Shown one piece after another: positions 41,835-51,354 of a stretch of 64,000 nucleotides of DNA. Made by a program: the position numbers and the translations under genes. The notes beneath the pieces were generated by a model. It was not told the origin of the DNA. It made no database searches and saw only the letters and a program-made list of their open reading frames with translations. The stretch is taken from assembly GCA_004213955.1 (NCBI GenBank), contig SGZL01000002.1, forward strand, positions 10,982 to 74,981, in the 5' to 3' direction. Origin of the DNA: Gammaproteobacteria bacterium (GTDB lineage Bacteria; Pseudomonadota; Gammaproteobacteria; Magnimaribacterales; AG-339-G14). Position 1 is the first letter of the stretch, and the number at the start of each line of letters is the position of its first letter.

Positions 41835-42496
41835 ATATAAATTTTGGAAACTTAGAGAAAAAATTAGGCTATTCATTCCAAAAAAAAGAAGTTTTAGTAA
41901 AAGCGTTAACTCATGTGAGTAAATCTAAAGTAAATAATGAAGTTTTTGAATTTTTAGGCGATTCAGTTTTAAATCTCATTATTTCTCAAATACTTGTTGA
42001 AAAATTTTCAACGGATGATGAAGGAACTTTGAGTTTAATGAGATCAAAGTTAGTTAGCAGAACAACGCTTAATAGAATTGCAAAAGAGCTAGAACTGGAT
42101 AGTTTCATTATCAAGGGCGATTCATTTAGAGGTCAAAAAACTCCTGATAATATCTTGGGAAATACACTAGAAGCGCTGTTTGGAGCTATTTTTAAGGAGA
42201 GTGGTTTAGAGTTTTTAGAGAATATAATTTTGAACCTTTTTGTTCAAGACATTGATTTGCTAGGCTCTGAAAGTTTAAAAAATAGTAAGACCCTTTTGCA
42301 AGAATATTGCCAAAAAAATAGGTTTAGTTTGCCCACCTATGATCAAATTCAGAAGAAAGAATATATAAATTCCTTTGTTGTCATGTGTAAATTAGATGAA
42401 AGCAATAACTGTTTAGGGTTTGGAAAAAGTTTAAAAATTGCGGAACAGGATGCTGCGTCAAGATTACTGAAACAAATAGGCTTCAAAGATGAATAA
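41831..42496 (+). CDS. rnc: Ribonuclease III
   Basis: ERLEFLGD-type signature present as FEFLGDSVLN, with a C-terminal dsRBD. Start set at ATG 41831 ([14 protein letters not shown]), an ATGA overlap with the lepB stop. The tracked 41771 start lies inside lepB. Confidence 0.92.
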   Translation: MNINFGNLEKKLGYSFQKKEVLVKALTHVSKSKVNNEVFEFLGDSVLNLIISQILVEKFSTDDEGTLSLMRSKLVSRTTLNRIAKELELDSFIIKGDSFRGQKTPDNILGNTLEALFGAIFKESGLEFLENIILNLFVQDIDLLGSESLKNSKTLLQEYCQKNRFSLPTYDQIQKKEYINSFVVMCKLDESNNCLGFGKSLKIAEQDAASRLLKQIGFKDE

Positions 42497-43373
42497 AAAA
42501 TTTGGATTTGTTTCTTTAACCGGCAGAACAAATGTTGGCAAATCAACTTTATTAAATTCTATTTTTCAAAAGAAAATTGCTATTACTTCTCGAAAACCTC
42601 AAACCACGAGAAATCGAATTTTAGGTATATTTACAGAGTCAAACAATCAAATAGTTTTTTTAGATTCACCAGGAGTTCATTCAGGACATAGAAGAGCATT
42701 AAATAAATATATGAATAAAGTAGCTAGAACTTGTTACGAAGAAGTAGATTTAGTTATTTTTGTAATTGATAGAGGGCGATGGCAAAAAGAAGAAGAAAAT
42801 ATTTTAAAAAATTTAAAAGAATTAGATAAGCCAATAATTTTAGTAATTAATAAAATTGACAGGTTGAAAAATTCCAATGGAATTTTACCAATTATGAACG
42901 ATTTAAGTTCAAAACATAATTTCGAAGCCATTATTCCAATTTCTGCGCTAAGAAAAAATAATTTAGAAGATCTATTATCAAAAGTTGTTGATAGTATTCC
43001 TTCTGGTGAATTTCATTATCCAACAATAGACGAAAAAGAGTTCTCTCAATCTTTTTACATATCAGAAATAATAAGGGAAAAAGCTATAAATAGATTAGGA
43101 GACGAATTGCCTTATCGAATAAATGTTGAGATAGAAAAAATTCAAGATAATAAATTTATTAAGCATATTTTTTCTAATATTTATGTTGAATCATCAAGTC
43201 AAAAAGCAATCCTTTTAGGTAAGAATGGATCGATGATTAAATCCATAGGCACTTCATCAAGAAAGGAGCTGGAAAAAGAATTAGATTCCAAAATTAATTT
43301 ACAACTTAGGGTAAGAGTTAAAAAAAATTGGACTAATGATGTCAATCTTTTATCCAAATATGGATACAAATAG
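42489..43373 (+). CDS. era: GTPase Era
   Basis: 294 aa. GRTNVGKST, DSPG and NKID motifs, plus a C-terminal KH domain. Confidence 0.95.
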   Translation: MNKKFGFVSLTGRTNVGKSTLLNSIFQKKIAITSRKPQTTRNRILGIFTESNNQIVFLDSPGVHSGHRRALNKYMNKVARTCYEEVDLVIFVIDRGRWQKEEENILKNLKELDKPIILVINKIDRLKNSNGILPIMNDLSSKHNFEAIIPISALRKNNLEDLLSKVVDSIPSGEFHYPTIDEKEFSQSFYISEIIREKAINRLGDELPYRINVEIEKIQDNKFIKHIFSNIYVESSSQKAILLGKNGSMIKSIGTSSRKELEKELDSKINLQLRVRVKKNWTNDVNLLSKYGYK

Positions 43374-43423
43374 GTATTGCCTTTCTTCTAGAAATGTTCT
43401 AATATTGCACAGTAATCGTTCAT

Positions 43424-43448
43424 CTTTTGCACTATATAAATGCAAAAG
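43424..43448 (+). promoter_or_regulatory. Palindrome CTTTTGCA-N9-TGCAAAAG enclosing a TATATAAA -10-like element (candidate operator/promoter of the small-protein cassette)
   Basis: An 8-bp perfect inverted repeat flanks CTATATAAA. No convincing -35 at 17 bp, so promoter assignment is tentative. Confidence 0.3.
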
Positions 43449-43611
43449 ACGGAAGTAGGAAGATAGGAAAACCTCTTTCTTCTATAGAGGAGAAAGGTTA
43501 GCAAGTACCCAAAGTGGGAACGAGACCGAATATCTAACGAAGGAACGCGTGGAGAAGGGTGTACGTCGGGAGATGTATGTACGAAATCGAAACGAAAACT
43601 GGAGGCACGAT
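43449..43611 (+). promoter_or_regulatory. Purine-rich, GGA-dense 5' leader (possible CsrA/RsmA-binding leader or sRNA moiety)
   Basis: Nine GGA triplets between 43451 and 43603, the last inside the SD GGAGG (43601-43605). A 12-bp imperfect hairpin at 43471-43498 (ACCTCTTTCTTC-TATA-GAGGAGAAAGGT). G+C is locally higher than the surroundings. Confidence 0.4.
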
Positions 43612-43776
43612 ATGGCTACTTACTATAGAGGCGTTAAAGTGAACTCTGAAGACTCTAACTCTGAAGCTCAAACTTCAAAAGCTGGAATTTACAGAGGCAT
43701 TAAACACGACGCAATCCAAAACAATAAGTCAGCAAAAAATCCTGGGATTTATCGCGGGACCAAAACAGCTGCATAA
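43612..43776 (+). CDS. 54-aa basic microprotein with three YRG repeats (DUF4278-like by motif recollection)
   Basis: MATYYRGVKV...GIYRGIKHD...GIYRGTKTAA: [YI]YRG[VIT]K occurs three times, about 20 aa apart. Strong SD GGAGG lies 6 nt upstream of ATG 43612, and the ORF is followed by its own terminator. The tracked GTG 43549 start (75 aa) lacks an SD. Confidence 0.6.
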   Translation: MATYYRGVKVNSEDSNSEAQTSKAGIYRGIKHDAIQNNKSAKNPGIYRGTKTAA

Positions 43777-43798
43777 CTTTGTTTTAAGTTAAAAATTA

Positions 43799-43827
43799 GG
43801 GGGGCTTAACAGCCTCCCTTTTTTTTT
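43799..43827 (+). terminator. Rho-independent terminator of the microprotein cassette
   Basis: GGGGGGCT-TAAC-AGCCTCCC (one G-U pair) followed by a 9-T run. Confidence 0.8.
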
Positions 43828-43848
43828 GATAAATTACATAAAAAAATT

Positions 43849-44565
43849 TTGAAACAATCACGTTTTTCATGCAAAGCTGTATTACTGCACTCTACTAACT
43901 TTAGAGAGTCAAGTTTGATAGGAACTTTTTTCACAGATGAATACGGTTTAATTAAGTTAGTAGCCAAAGGCGCTAAATCTAAAAAAAATAAATTATCCAA
44001 CATTAAGGTTCCTGGAGCGATATTTGAAATTAATTTTGGCGGAAAAGGAGATTTAAAAAATCTTTATACTTGCGAAATTATTGATTCAATCATAATAGAA
44101 GAATCTAATTTAAAGATTTATTTGTATTTGAACGAAATAATAATAAGGACCATAGAACCTGAAGCTCCAGTTCAATCAATATTTAGAAGTCTACTTAATT
44201 TGTTAAAAGATCTTGAGATGACTGACAATCTTTTAGAGAGAGAACTTAAATTAAGAAGGTTCGAGCTAGATCTTATTTCGGAGCTAGGTTATGAAATTAG
44301 TTTAACCCTCGATAGTAGAGGAGAAAAAATTAAAGAAGACCTAATGTATGAATTTATTCCAAGTAAGGGTTTTCAAGAAGCAAAAAAAGATAGCTCAAAA
44401 GAAGCGATTCTAGGAAGTTCGATATTACAATTTGACGGAGGAGTTTTTGCAAGTGATCAATCAAAAAAATATATAAAATATATAATGAAATCTTCATTAG
44501 ATACGATATCATCAAAACCTTTAAATTCTTCAAAATTTTTTAGATTAAAAAAAGATGCAAATTAA
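43849..44565 (+). CDS. recO: DNA repair protein RecO
   Basis: 238 aa. AVLLHSTNFRESSLIGTFFTDEYGLIKLVAKGAKS parallels the E. coli RecO N-terminus (AFVLHSRPWSETS...RLVAKGARS). TTG start, with no in-frame ATG nearby. Confidence 0.85.
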   Translation: MKQSRFSCKAVLLHSTNFRESSLIGTFFTDEYGLIKLVAKGAKSKKNKLSNIKVPGAIFEINFGGKGDLKNLYTCEIIDSIIIEESNLKIYLYLNEIIIRTIEPEAPVQSIFRSLLNLLKDLEMTDNLLERELKLRRFELDLISELGYEISLTLDSRGEKIKEDLMYEFIPSKGFQEAKKDSSKEAILGSSILQFDGGVFASDQSKKYIKYIMKSSLDTISSKPLNSSKFFRLKKDAN

Positions 44566-44941
44566 AAACGGAATCGACCTTATTGAAATCGAAAGAATTA
44601 AAAAAGCATACAACGCTTTTGGGGATAGAATGCTGCAAAGACTCTATGACGATTCAGAGATTAATACTTTTTTTAACAAAAATTTAGTCGCAAAAGCTCC
44701 CTATCTTGCTAAGAATTTTGCGGCTAAAGAAGCAGTCTCGAAAGTCCTAGGTACAGGTTTCACAAATGGCATCAGGCCGAAAGATATCGTTATTCATAGA
44801 AAATATGGCGGTCCAAAAGTTGAATTGAAAGGAAAAGCCGCGATTTTTGCAAAAAAACTTGGACTCAAGCATATAAGCCTAAGTTTAACTGACACGCACC
44901 ATAATGCTGCTGCAGTTGCCACAGGTATATTTGATAAATGA
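44555..44941 (+). CDS. acpS: Holo-[acyl-carrier-protein] synthase
   Basis: 128 aa. [10 protein letters not shown] and [14 protein letters not shown] motifs. Overlaps recO by 11 nt. Confidence 0.9.
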   Translation: MQIKNGIDLIEIERIKKAYNAFGDRMLQRLYDDSEINTFFNKNLVAKAPYLAKNFAAKEAVSKVLGTGFTNGIRPKDIVIHRKYGGPKVELKGKAAIFAKKLGLKHISLSLTDTHHNAAAVATGIFDK

Positions 44942-45582
44942 AAATAATATTACTTGGTCCTCCCGGAGCTGGAAAAGGAACTCAAGCTGAAGTGATCTCA
45001 AATGAATTAAAAATTCCTCATATTTCAACTGGCGATATTTTAAGAGAGTCTATTAGAAATAAAACATCTCTTGGTGAAGAAGCAAAAAAAATTATGGATC
45101 AAGGTAAATTAGTCTCTGATGAAATAATTTTAGGAATTATTAAGGAAAGAGTTTCCAAAGACGATTGCAAATTTGGTTTTTTATTTGACGGGTTTCCTAG
45201 GACCATCGGACAAGCAGATGGATTAAAAAATTTAAATATTAATATAGATTTGGTTTTAGAAATATCCCTTTCTGATGAGGTAATTATTTCTAGAATGTCT
45301 GGTAGAAGAATTCATTTATCCTCGGGAAGAAGTTACCACATAGAGTTCAATCCACCAAAAGTTGAAGGGAAAGACGACTTATCTGGAGAAGATTTGATTC
45401 AACGAGACGATGACAAACCAGAGACTGTCCTAGCTCGATTAGAGGTTTATAAAAACCAAACCAATCCGTTAATTAATTATTATCAGCAGCTAGAAAAACA
45501 ATCAGATCTTAGGTTCGTCAAAGTTAATGGAGCCAATTCACCCAAGGAAGTGAGCAACGAAATCTTTGCAAACATTGAGTAA
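44938..45582 (+). CDS. adk: Adenylate kinase
   Basis: 214 aa. [14 protein letters not shown]-loop and [10 protein letters not shown]. The LID region is the short, non-zinc type. Confidence 0.96.
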   Translation: MKIILLGPPGAGKGTQAEVISNELKIPHISTGDILRESIRNKTSLGEEAKKIMDQGKLVSDEIILGIIKERVSKDDCKFGFLFDGFPRTIGQADGLKNLNINIDLVLEISLSDEVIISRMSGRRIHLSSGRSYHIEFNPPKVEGKDDLSGEDLIQRDDDKPETVLARLEVYKNQTNPLINYYQQLEKQSDLRFVKVNGANSPKEVSNEIFANIE

Positions 45583-46255
45583 TTTTAAAAATATTTTAGC
45601 AATTGAAACTTCAGGTCTTTTCTGTTCCGTAGCGCTTAGGTCAGGAGAAGAAATAAAATATAACTTTACTGAAAAAGAAAATGAGCATGGATTAGTAATC
45701 TTAGATTTCATAGATGACCTACTTAAAAGATTCAATTTAGAAAAAAATGAATTAGATTTAATCGCTGTCAGTAACGGACCTGGGTCATTTACAGGACTAA
45801 GAGTTGGTTGTTCGGTCGCCCAAGCTCTAGCTTTTGCAAACGATATTCCTCTAATACCATTATCAAGTTTGGCAGTCCTTGCACACCAAGCGCATTCTAA
45901 ATTTGATATGAAAAACATTTTTGTTATTACGAATGCACATATGAAAGAGCTGTATATTGGCTCATATCAATTTGAAAATGAGCAAATTAAAATACTAGAA
46001 AAAGAATGTTTAATAAGTCAGGAAGATTTATCAAATTATGTTGATATTAATTCAACAGAAACTCTTTATGTTGGAAACGGCATTACATTTTTAGAAAATA
46101 TTGTTGATAAAAATGCTTATAAAAATATTTTTTCTCATGCATCTAATATGTTCAAATTAATTGATTTGGCTATAGAGCAGAAAAGTTATGTTGCTGCAGA
46201 AGAGGTTTCTCCAAATTATCTATCAGGAGAAGAACAGTGGCAAAAGGCAAAATAA
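45566..46255 (+). CDS. tsaB: tRNA t6A37 biosynthesis protein TsaB (YeaZ)
   Basis: 229 aa. ILAIETSG start block and [11 protein letters not shown] motif. No ATG is available; the start is TTG at 45566 or 45575. Confidence 0.82.
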   Translation: MQTLSNFKNILAIETSGLFCSVALRSGEEIKYNFTEKENEHGLVILDFIDDLLKRFNLEKNELDLIAVSNGPGSFTGLRVGCSVAQALAFANDIPLIPLSSLAVLAHQAHSKFDMKNIFVITNAHMKELYIGSYQFENEQIKILEKECLISQEDLSNYVDINSTETLYVGNGITFLENIVDKNAYKNIFSHASNMFKLIDLAIEQKSYVAAEEVSPNYLSGEEQWQKAK

Positions 46256-47020
46256 ATGGACTTTGTTAATATTATCTTGCTTTCTTTAATTCAAGGAATT
46301 ACTGAATTTTTGCCAATTTCAAGTTCGGCTCACTTAATTATTTTTTCAGAAATTATTAATAATTCCAATCAAGACATTACAGTTGACGTTTTTGCACATT
46401 TTGGAACTCTTTTAGCTGTTATTTGGTATTTTCGAGAAGATTTAATAAAGATTCTAAGAACTTATAAAATTAGCGAAGTTAATAATCTTGGTAATTGTTT
46501 GATTATTGGTACTTTGCCAATTTTATTTTTTGGTTTTTTCTTAAGAGACATTATAGAAGTGAATTTAAGAAATCAAAATGTCATAGTTTTTTCAATGATA
46601 TTTTTTGGAATTTTATTGTTAATTTTTGAATATTTGAGAGGCAATAGAAATTTAGAAGATCTTACTTGGAAAGACTCTATAATTCTTGGTCTTTTTCAAA
46701 CTTTTGCAATGATTCCTGGAGCCTCAAGATCTGCGTTAGTAATTATGGGAGCTTTTTACCTTGGCTTTCGTAGCATTGATGCTCTAAAAATAAGTTTTTT
46801 ATTTGCTACCCCAACTTTGGCACTAATTTTTCTTGGGGAAAATTACTTAATTAATTTTGAATATAAAATCAATATTTTGGAACTGCTATTAGTTGTTTTC
46901 TTTTCCTTTTTAACAGCATGCATCACAATTCATTTTTTCTTAAAATTAGTTAACAAAATTGGATTGTTGCCCTTTGTAATTTATCGATTTTTACTAGCTG
47001 GGATTTTAGTTTTTACTTAA
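46256..47020 (+). CDS. uppP: Undecaprenyl-diphosphate phosphatase (BacA/UppP)
   Basis: 254 aa polytopic. IQGITEFLPISSSAHL and PGASRS motifs. Confidence 0.92.
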   Translation: MDFVNIILLSLIQGITEFLPISSSAHLIIFSEIINNSNQDITVDVFAHFGTLLAVIWYFREDLIKILRTYKISEVNNLGNCLIIGTLPILFFGFFLRDIIEVNLRNQNVIVFSMIFFGILLLIFEYLRGNRNLEDLTWKDSIILGLFQTFAMIPGASRSALVIMGAFYLGFRSIDALKISFLFATPTLALIFLGENYLINFEYKINILELLLVVFFSFLTACITIHFFLKLVNKIGLLPFVIYRFLLAGILVFT

Positions 47021-47872
47021 ATATTTGTTTAAAGTTTGAGCTGTGAAAAAGAGATATATTTTATAGATTGAAGAAATTATCTTTAAGGGAGTAGGTAAGG
47101 AGGTTTCTTTTATAAAAGCCTTATTTTTTTTTAATTGGTTGTACCATTTGGATAAGTGTGGGTATTTATTTTTAAAAGTAAAACCTATTGTTTCTAGTCT
47201 TCTGAGGTAAACGAACCAGGCGATGTCTACAATTGTAAGTTCATCGGAAATAATAAATTTTTGTTTTGATAATTCATTATCGATCTCAGATAATTTTTCT
47301 TTGAATACATTTATTGAATTGTGAAGTGATGATGAACTTATGCCATCATTCTTCAAAAAGTTTTTATGAAATTCAAGCTGTATATTTTTTTGATTGTCTT
47401 CAACTCCTTCTACAAAATTTGAAGATTCTTCAAAATTTTTAATATCTTTTTCTTTTTTTTTCATAAGAAATGTTGGAGCTACAAATTTCATTGTCAGATT
47501 TCTCAAATCGAGATGAATATCGTTTTCCTCTTCTAAAAACTTCTCAATTTTATTTGCTTCATCTTCAGGCCATAGAATCTTTGAGGGAAATTTATTATCC
47601 AAATATCTAATGATGTCGTTACTTTCAATATGTACTTCTCCATTATCTACAAGAACCGGAACGACACCTCTTGGGTTTATTCCTAAAAACCAATCCGAAA
47701 AATTATCACCATTTACTAAATTTATATGATGACCTTTCCAATCAATATTTTTTTCACTTAAGAAGATTCTTAATTTTTGCGAGCAGCTAGAACCTTGAAA
47801 ATGGAGAATATTTATTCCCTGCCATTCTTTCACTTCCCTTGTTTTGATGTCTGTTTCTAAAAGTTTTACCAT
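47006..47872 (-). CDS. Glutathione S-transferase-like protein (thioredoxin-like N-domain)
   Basis: GST_N-like block SSCSQKLRIFLSEKNIDWKGHHINL...GVVPVLVDNGEVHIESNDIIRYL. I prefer ATG 47872 (MVKLLE). The tracked start at 47920 is a TTG that would overlap divergent rsmJ. Confidence 0.55.
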   Translation of the reverse strand: MVKLLETDIKTREVKEWQGINILHFQGSSCSQKLRIFLSEKNIDWKGHHINLVNGDNFSDWFLGINPRGVVPVLVDNGEVHIESNDIIRYLDNKFPSKILWPEDEANKIEKFLEEENDIHLDLRNLTMKFVAPTFLMKKKEKDIKNFEESSNFVEGVEDNQKNIQLEFHKNFLKNDGISSSSLHNSINVFKEKLSEIDNELSKQKFIISDELTIVDIAWFVYLRRLETIGFTFKNKYPHLSKWYNQLKKNKAFIKETSLPTPLKIISSIYKIYLFFTAQTLNKYLSKN

Positions 47873-47910
47873 AATAATTTTTAACGAAGGATATATTAAT
47901 ATAGGAATGC

Positions 47911-48639
47911 ATGAAATCAATTCAAAAACCTATAGTTTCTTTTCTATCGCAACCTTTGGAAAAAAAGGCTAAAACCTTTTCTAAAGATCACAGCCTATCT
48001 TTTTTATCACCGAGGGAGGTTAGAAAGTTTCATAAAGATAAACTTATAATTTGGTTGCATTCAGATGGTATTTTTTTGCAAGATTTATCTTTAAAAAATT
48101 CGAAACCTTTTAGTTTAGATTTCCAAGCTCAAAAAAAAGAAAATATGAGTAAAAACTTATTGCAAAGGTGTTTTTCTAAATTTGATACAGATTATCCAGT
48201 TTACGATCTAACTGCAGGATTCTGCTTAGATGCTTTTTTAATAACCAGATTAGGTTTTGAAGTAAATGCATTTGAGAAAGAATCTTGGCTTTTTGAATTC
48301 ACAAAAGAGAAGCTTTTAAAAAATAAGATAGAAAAAGTTAAATTATATAAAAAAAATTCATTGGAGATTCTTTCTGGGATAGACAGTAAATCAATTATTT
48401 ATTTGGACCCAATGTTTGGAATAGAAAACAAATCTTTCGCAAAAAAGGAAATGCACTTCTTAAGAAAATCACTCTTTGATCGTTCACACGAACTTATAGA
48501 AAGTTCTCTAAAGTCCAAGGCTGAATTAATTGTAATAAAACGACACAAAATCAAAAAAAAGAAAATTTCTAAGTCACCATCCTTTGAGTTAGTAGGTAAA
48601 GTTGTGACCTTTCAGATATTTGATAGAAGAAAGGGCTAA
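47911..48639 (+). CDS. rsmJ: 16S rRNA (guanine1516-N2)-methyltransferase RsmJ
   Basis: 242 aa. VYDLTAGFCLDAF and IYLDPMF...KKEM blocks parallel E. coli RsmJ (VVDATAGLGRDAF, VYLDPMF...KKEM). Confidence 0.8.
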   Translation: MKSIQKPIVSFLSQPLEKKAKTFSKDHSLSFLSPREVRKFHKDKLIIWLHSDGIFLQDLSLKNSKPFSLDFQAQKKENMSKNLLQRCFSKFDTDYPVYDLTAGFCLDAFLITRLGFEVNAFEKESWLFEFTKEKLLKNKIEKVKLYKKNSLEILSGIDSKSIIYLDPMFGIENKSFAKKEMHFLRKSLFDRSHELIESSLKSKAELIVIKRHKIKKKKISKSPSFELVGKVVTFQIFDRRKG

Positions 48640-49070
48640 AGCCAACGCCTAGTTTTTTCTGAATATTCTTTCCACTCTTCATTAAAAGTTGTATCTAATT
48701 TTTCCTCTTCATGTTTAATCCATGTGAAATTAATTATTAGGAAAAAAATAAAAGCTATCAGCAGGGCAGAAAACGATTGTAAAGAAATCGCAGCTCCCAA
48801 TAAAATAAAAAGCATTCCCAGATATATTGGATTTCTAGAAACTCGAAAGGGACCATCAATTACCAATTTATTCGGCTGTCCGTCAGGAATAAAAGTTGTC
48901 TCCATTTTTGAAAGTTTTTTTAAAGAACTGTAAACCAAAAAAATTCCAGTTAATATAATGAAAACTCCTAACAAAATGCTTAAGTTAATCAGCATTGGAA
49001 AAGTAAAATATAAAATGGTCTGAGCTATTAGAGCACTTAAAAGTATCACAGGTGGGTAAGTTATTTTCAT
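48636..49070 (-). CDS. Isoprenylcysteine carboxyl methyltransferase (ICMT/PEMT) family membrane protein
   Basis: 144 aa with 4 TM segments. GPFRVSRNPIYLG motif and a C-terminal EE..L...F..EW..Y block. Confidence 0.7.
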   Translation of the reverse strand: MKITYPPVILLSALIAQTILYFTFPMLINLSILLGVFIILTGIFLVYSSLKKLSKMETTFIPDGQPNKLVIDGPFRVSRNPIYLGMLFILLGAAISLQSFSALLIAFIFFLIINFTWIKHEEEKLDTTFNEEWKEYSEKTRRWL

Positions 49071-49093
49071 CTTTTGATTATATAAAACTTTTC

Positions 49094-51160
49094 TTAATCA
49101 GAAAGACTTTCCAGCCAAAATGAAGAAAACATTTCAGCTACATCCTTTTCTTTTTCTCTTCCCATCCAAGAAATTTCATTATCTTCATTAATCTTTAGCA
49201 GATTTAATCTATTTAAAGAAACTATAATCTCAGTAATTTTTTCTTCGGTTTGATTTATGGATATGTCCAGAAAGAAATCTTTTTTTATTTGAGGAAAAAC
49301 CTCTTTAAATTGATTTATTAAATTACTTTTATTAATTTTTTTTCTGCTTTTGTAGAAGATATAACTTTGAAGTATCAATAAATGTAAAATATTATTTTTA
49401 TAAAATTCCATGAGGTTTTTTTCAGTTTTATTCATCTTTAAGGTTTTTTCTTTTTCAGACTTATAAAATTTAAGTTTTTTAATTTTTTCTAGAATTTTTT
49501 GTGGAGAGATTTTAGGCAGCTTAATTAGTTTTGAATAATTTGAAATTTCGATTACTTTTATTAAAGTTTCAATTCGATAAGTCAGTCTTTCTTTATTAAT
49601 CTCATTATCGAGGATATCAGAAATAGCGGAAGCAAATAAACTTGAAGAAGTCACAACTGTAGCATTATTGATATTTGTCATAATTTTATTTCCTAGCAGT
49701 GGCGTGACTTCATAAAGCCATGATTTTTTTTCGGTATCTTTATTGAGATCAATGATATCTTCTTGCCAGCTGGGAGAGTGTTTATTTAAAAAAGATTTTA
49801 AGTCTATGGGTTCTCCAAATTGGAGGTAGGCGTTACCCAAGTAACCTCTAAAATCACCAATTGTAGAAAAGATTGATGTTAGATTATCTTTTTTCTTTTT
49901 TTGTCCTCTTGATTCTTTTAAATGCGATTTGCCTTCAAGTACTTTCTCATAACTAATGGAAATTGGTAAAAACTTTACGTCTCTTTCGTCCATATCCTGA
50001 AATGATTTAATAATCATTGAAATTATCCCTGGCCTTGGATTCAGTAATCTGCCAGTTCTCGTTCGGCCGCCTTCAGGAAAAAATTCAATAGAGTAGCCTC
50101 TCTGAAACAGTTTTCTTAAGTGTTCAAAAAATACTTTTGAATAAAGTTTATTAGGACCAAAGGATCTCCTCATGAAAAAAGCTCCTCCGTTTCTTAAAAT
50201 TCTTCCCAATATTGGCAGGTTCAAATTTTTACCTGCGACTATTTGAGGCAACATTAAATTATTTGTATAAAGTTCGTAAGATAAAGCTAGGTAATCTATA
50301 TGACTTCTATGTGAAGGAGTGTAAATTAAAGAATTTCCAACAGCTAAATCATTTATTTTTTCTATTCCAATTATTTCTAAACCGTCATAACGTGAATTCC
50401 AAAACCAATTTAAAGCTTTATCGTAGAGATAGATTACTGGATAAGAAATATCTGAACAGATTTCAAGAGCATATTTGAAAGCTTTTCGATTCTGATTTAT
50501 TTCTAATTTTTTTGAACCTTTGGAGGAAACCTTTATTTCTTGTTTTACGGACGAAGAATTTAAGATCGCATGTATAAGAGTTCTTTTATTTGAGATATCC
50601 GGCCCTATTTTAGCTTGCCTATTTTTCCTAAATCTTGCCCTCAAGAGTCTGTCTGTTTTTAAAACGAGATGCTCCGAAGTTTTTTGTTGACTAAATATCT
50701 CTTTAGTCTCAAGAGGTTTATGAAAAAACACACTCGTTTGCCTTCCATTAAAAATAACTTTTAAAAGGTTTCTTAGAAAAGATCCTGCTTCCCAGGAATC
50801 TCTAAAAATCAATTTAACCCAATGATCTTGCCTTTCAGGAGCTTTTCCCCAAAAAACATCTACAGGAATAATAATTTTATTTACTGCATCTGAGTCTTTT
50901 GCAAGTTCATGTAATTCTCTTGGATTCCTTCTCCTAGGTGTTTGCCATGGAAAAAGCCTTTTAGCTCCTTTCAGTTGAAAAAAGTTTTTTTTATTTTTTT
51001 TTGGCGAAGAATAATTATTTCTTTTTGTTAATTTTATTAATGCATTTAAGTCAAAAGAAGAAGTATTCGAAAGGGCGTAAATTACTTTCTTAGACTCTAT
51101 TAAGTCTTTAACATCCTCTGTCTCAAATTCTGCTTCTGGGTTTATTAGAAATTTCAGCAT
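49094..51160 (-). CDS. plsB: Glycerol-3-phosphate acyltransferase PlsB (short form)
   Basis: 688 aa. Acyltransferase H(X)4D motif in PSHRSHIDYLALSY, plus FFPEGGRTRTG and a PISISYE-type block. Confidence 0.88.
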   Translation of the reverse strand: MLKFLINPEAEFETEDVKDLIESKKVIYALSNTSSFDLNALIKLTKRNNYSSPKKNKKNFFQLKGAKRLFPWQTPRRRNPRELHELAKDSDAVNKIIIPVDVFWGKAPERQDHWVKLIFRDSWEAGSFLRNLLKVIFNGRQTSVFFHKPLETKEIFSQQKTSEHLVLKTDRLLRARFRKNRQAKIGPDISNKRTLIHAILNSSSVKQEIKVSSKGSKKLEINQNRKAFKYALEICSDISYPVIYLYDKALNWFWNSRYDGLEIIGIEKINDLAVGNSLIYTPSHRSHIDYLALSYELYTNNLMLPQIVAGKNLNLPILGRILRNGGAFFMRRSFGPNKLYSKVFFEHLRKLFQRGYSIEFFPEGGRTRTGRLLNPRPGIISMIIKSFQDMDERDVKFLPISISYEKVLEGKSHLKESRGQKKKKDNLTSIFSTIGDFRGYLGNAYLQFGEPIDLKSFLNKHSPSWQEDIIDLNKDTEKKSWLYEVTPLLGNKIMTNINNATVVTSSSLFASAISDILDNEINKERLTYRIETLIKVIEISNYSKLIKLPKISPQKILEKIKKLKFYKSEKEKTLKMNKTEKNLMEFYKNNILHLLILQSYIFYKSRKKINKSNLINQFKEVFPQIKKDFFLDISINQTEEKITEIIVSLNRLNLLKINEDNEISWMGREKEKDVAEMFSSFWLESLSD

Positions 51161-51258
51161 ATTCTTTAAATTTTCTACTTAGATGGTAATATCCAAAAAA
51201 ATTTTAGTCTATTAAATATTGAAATCCATGTACTATATGGATTTTACAATTTAATTAT

Positions 51259-51344
51259 GCCGAAGTGGCGGAATTGGTAGACGCGCTCGATTCAAAATCG
51301 AGTGCCCACAAGGCGTGAGAGTTCGAGTCTCTCCTTCGGTACCA
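51259..51344 (+). tRNA. tRNA-Leu (anticodon CAA), CCA encoded
   Basis: Cloverleaf by eye. Acceptor GCCGAAG/CTTCGGT (G1-U72), anticodon stem CTCGA/TCGAG with loop TTCAAAA, a long variable arm, and T-arm GAGAG-TTCGAGT-CTCTC. Confidence 0.93.
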
Positions 51345-51354
51345 GAGAAAAAAT

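Noticed and set aside
43549-43611. 75-aa version of the small ORF starting at GTG 43549
   Set aside because: No SD precedes the GTG, whereas ATG 43612 has GGAGG at optimal spacing. The extra 21 residues (MEKGVRREMYVRNRNENWRHD) look like translated purine-rich leader.
43374-43848. Known housekeeping ncRNA (tmRNA, SRP/4.5S RNA, 6S RNA, RNase P RNA) in the era-recO gap
   Set aside because: By eye there is no tRNA-like GGGG...CCA ends or ANDENYALAA-type tag (tmRNA), and no GGUCCGGAAGGAAGCAGCC-type SRP domain IV. Length and sequence are also incompatible with RNase P or 6S RNA. A covariance-model search is still needed.
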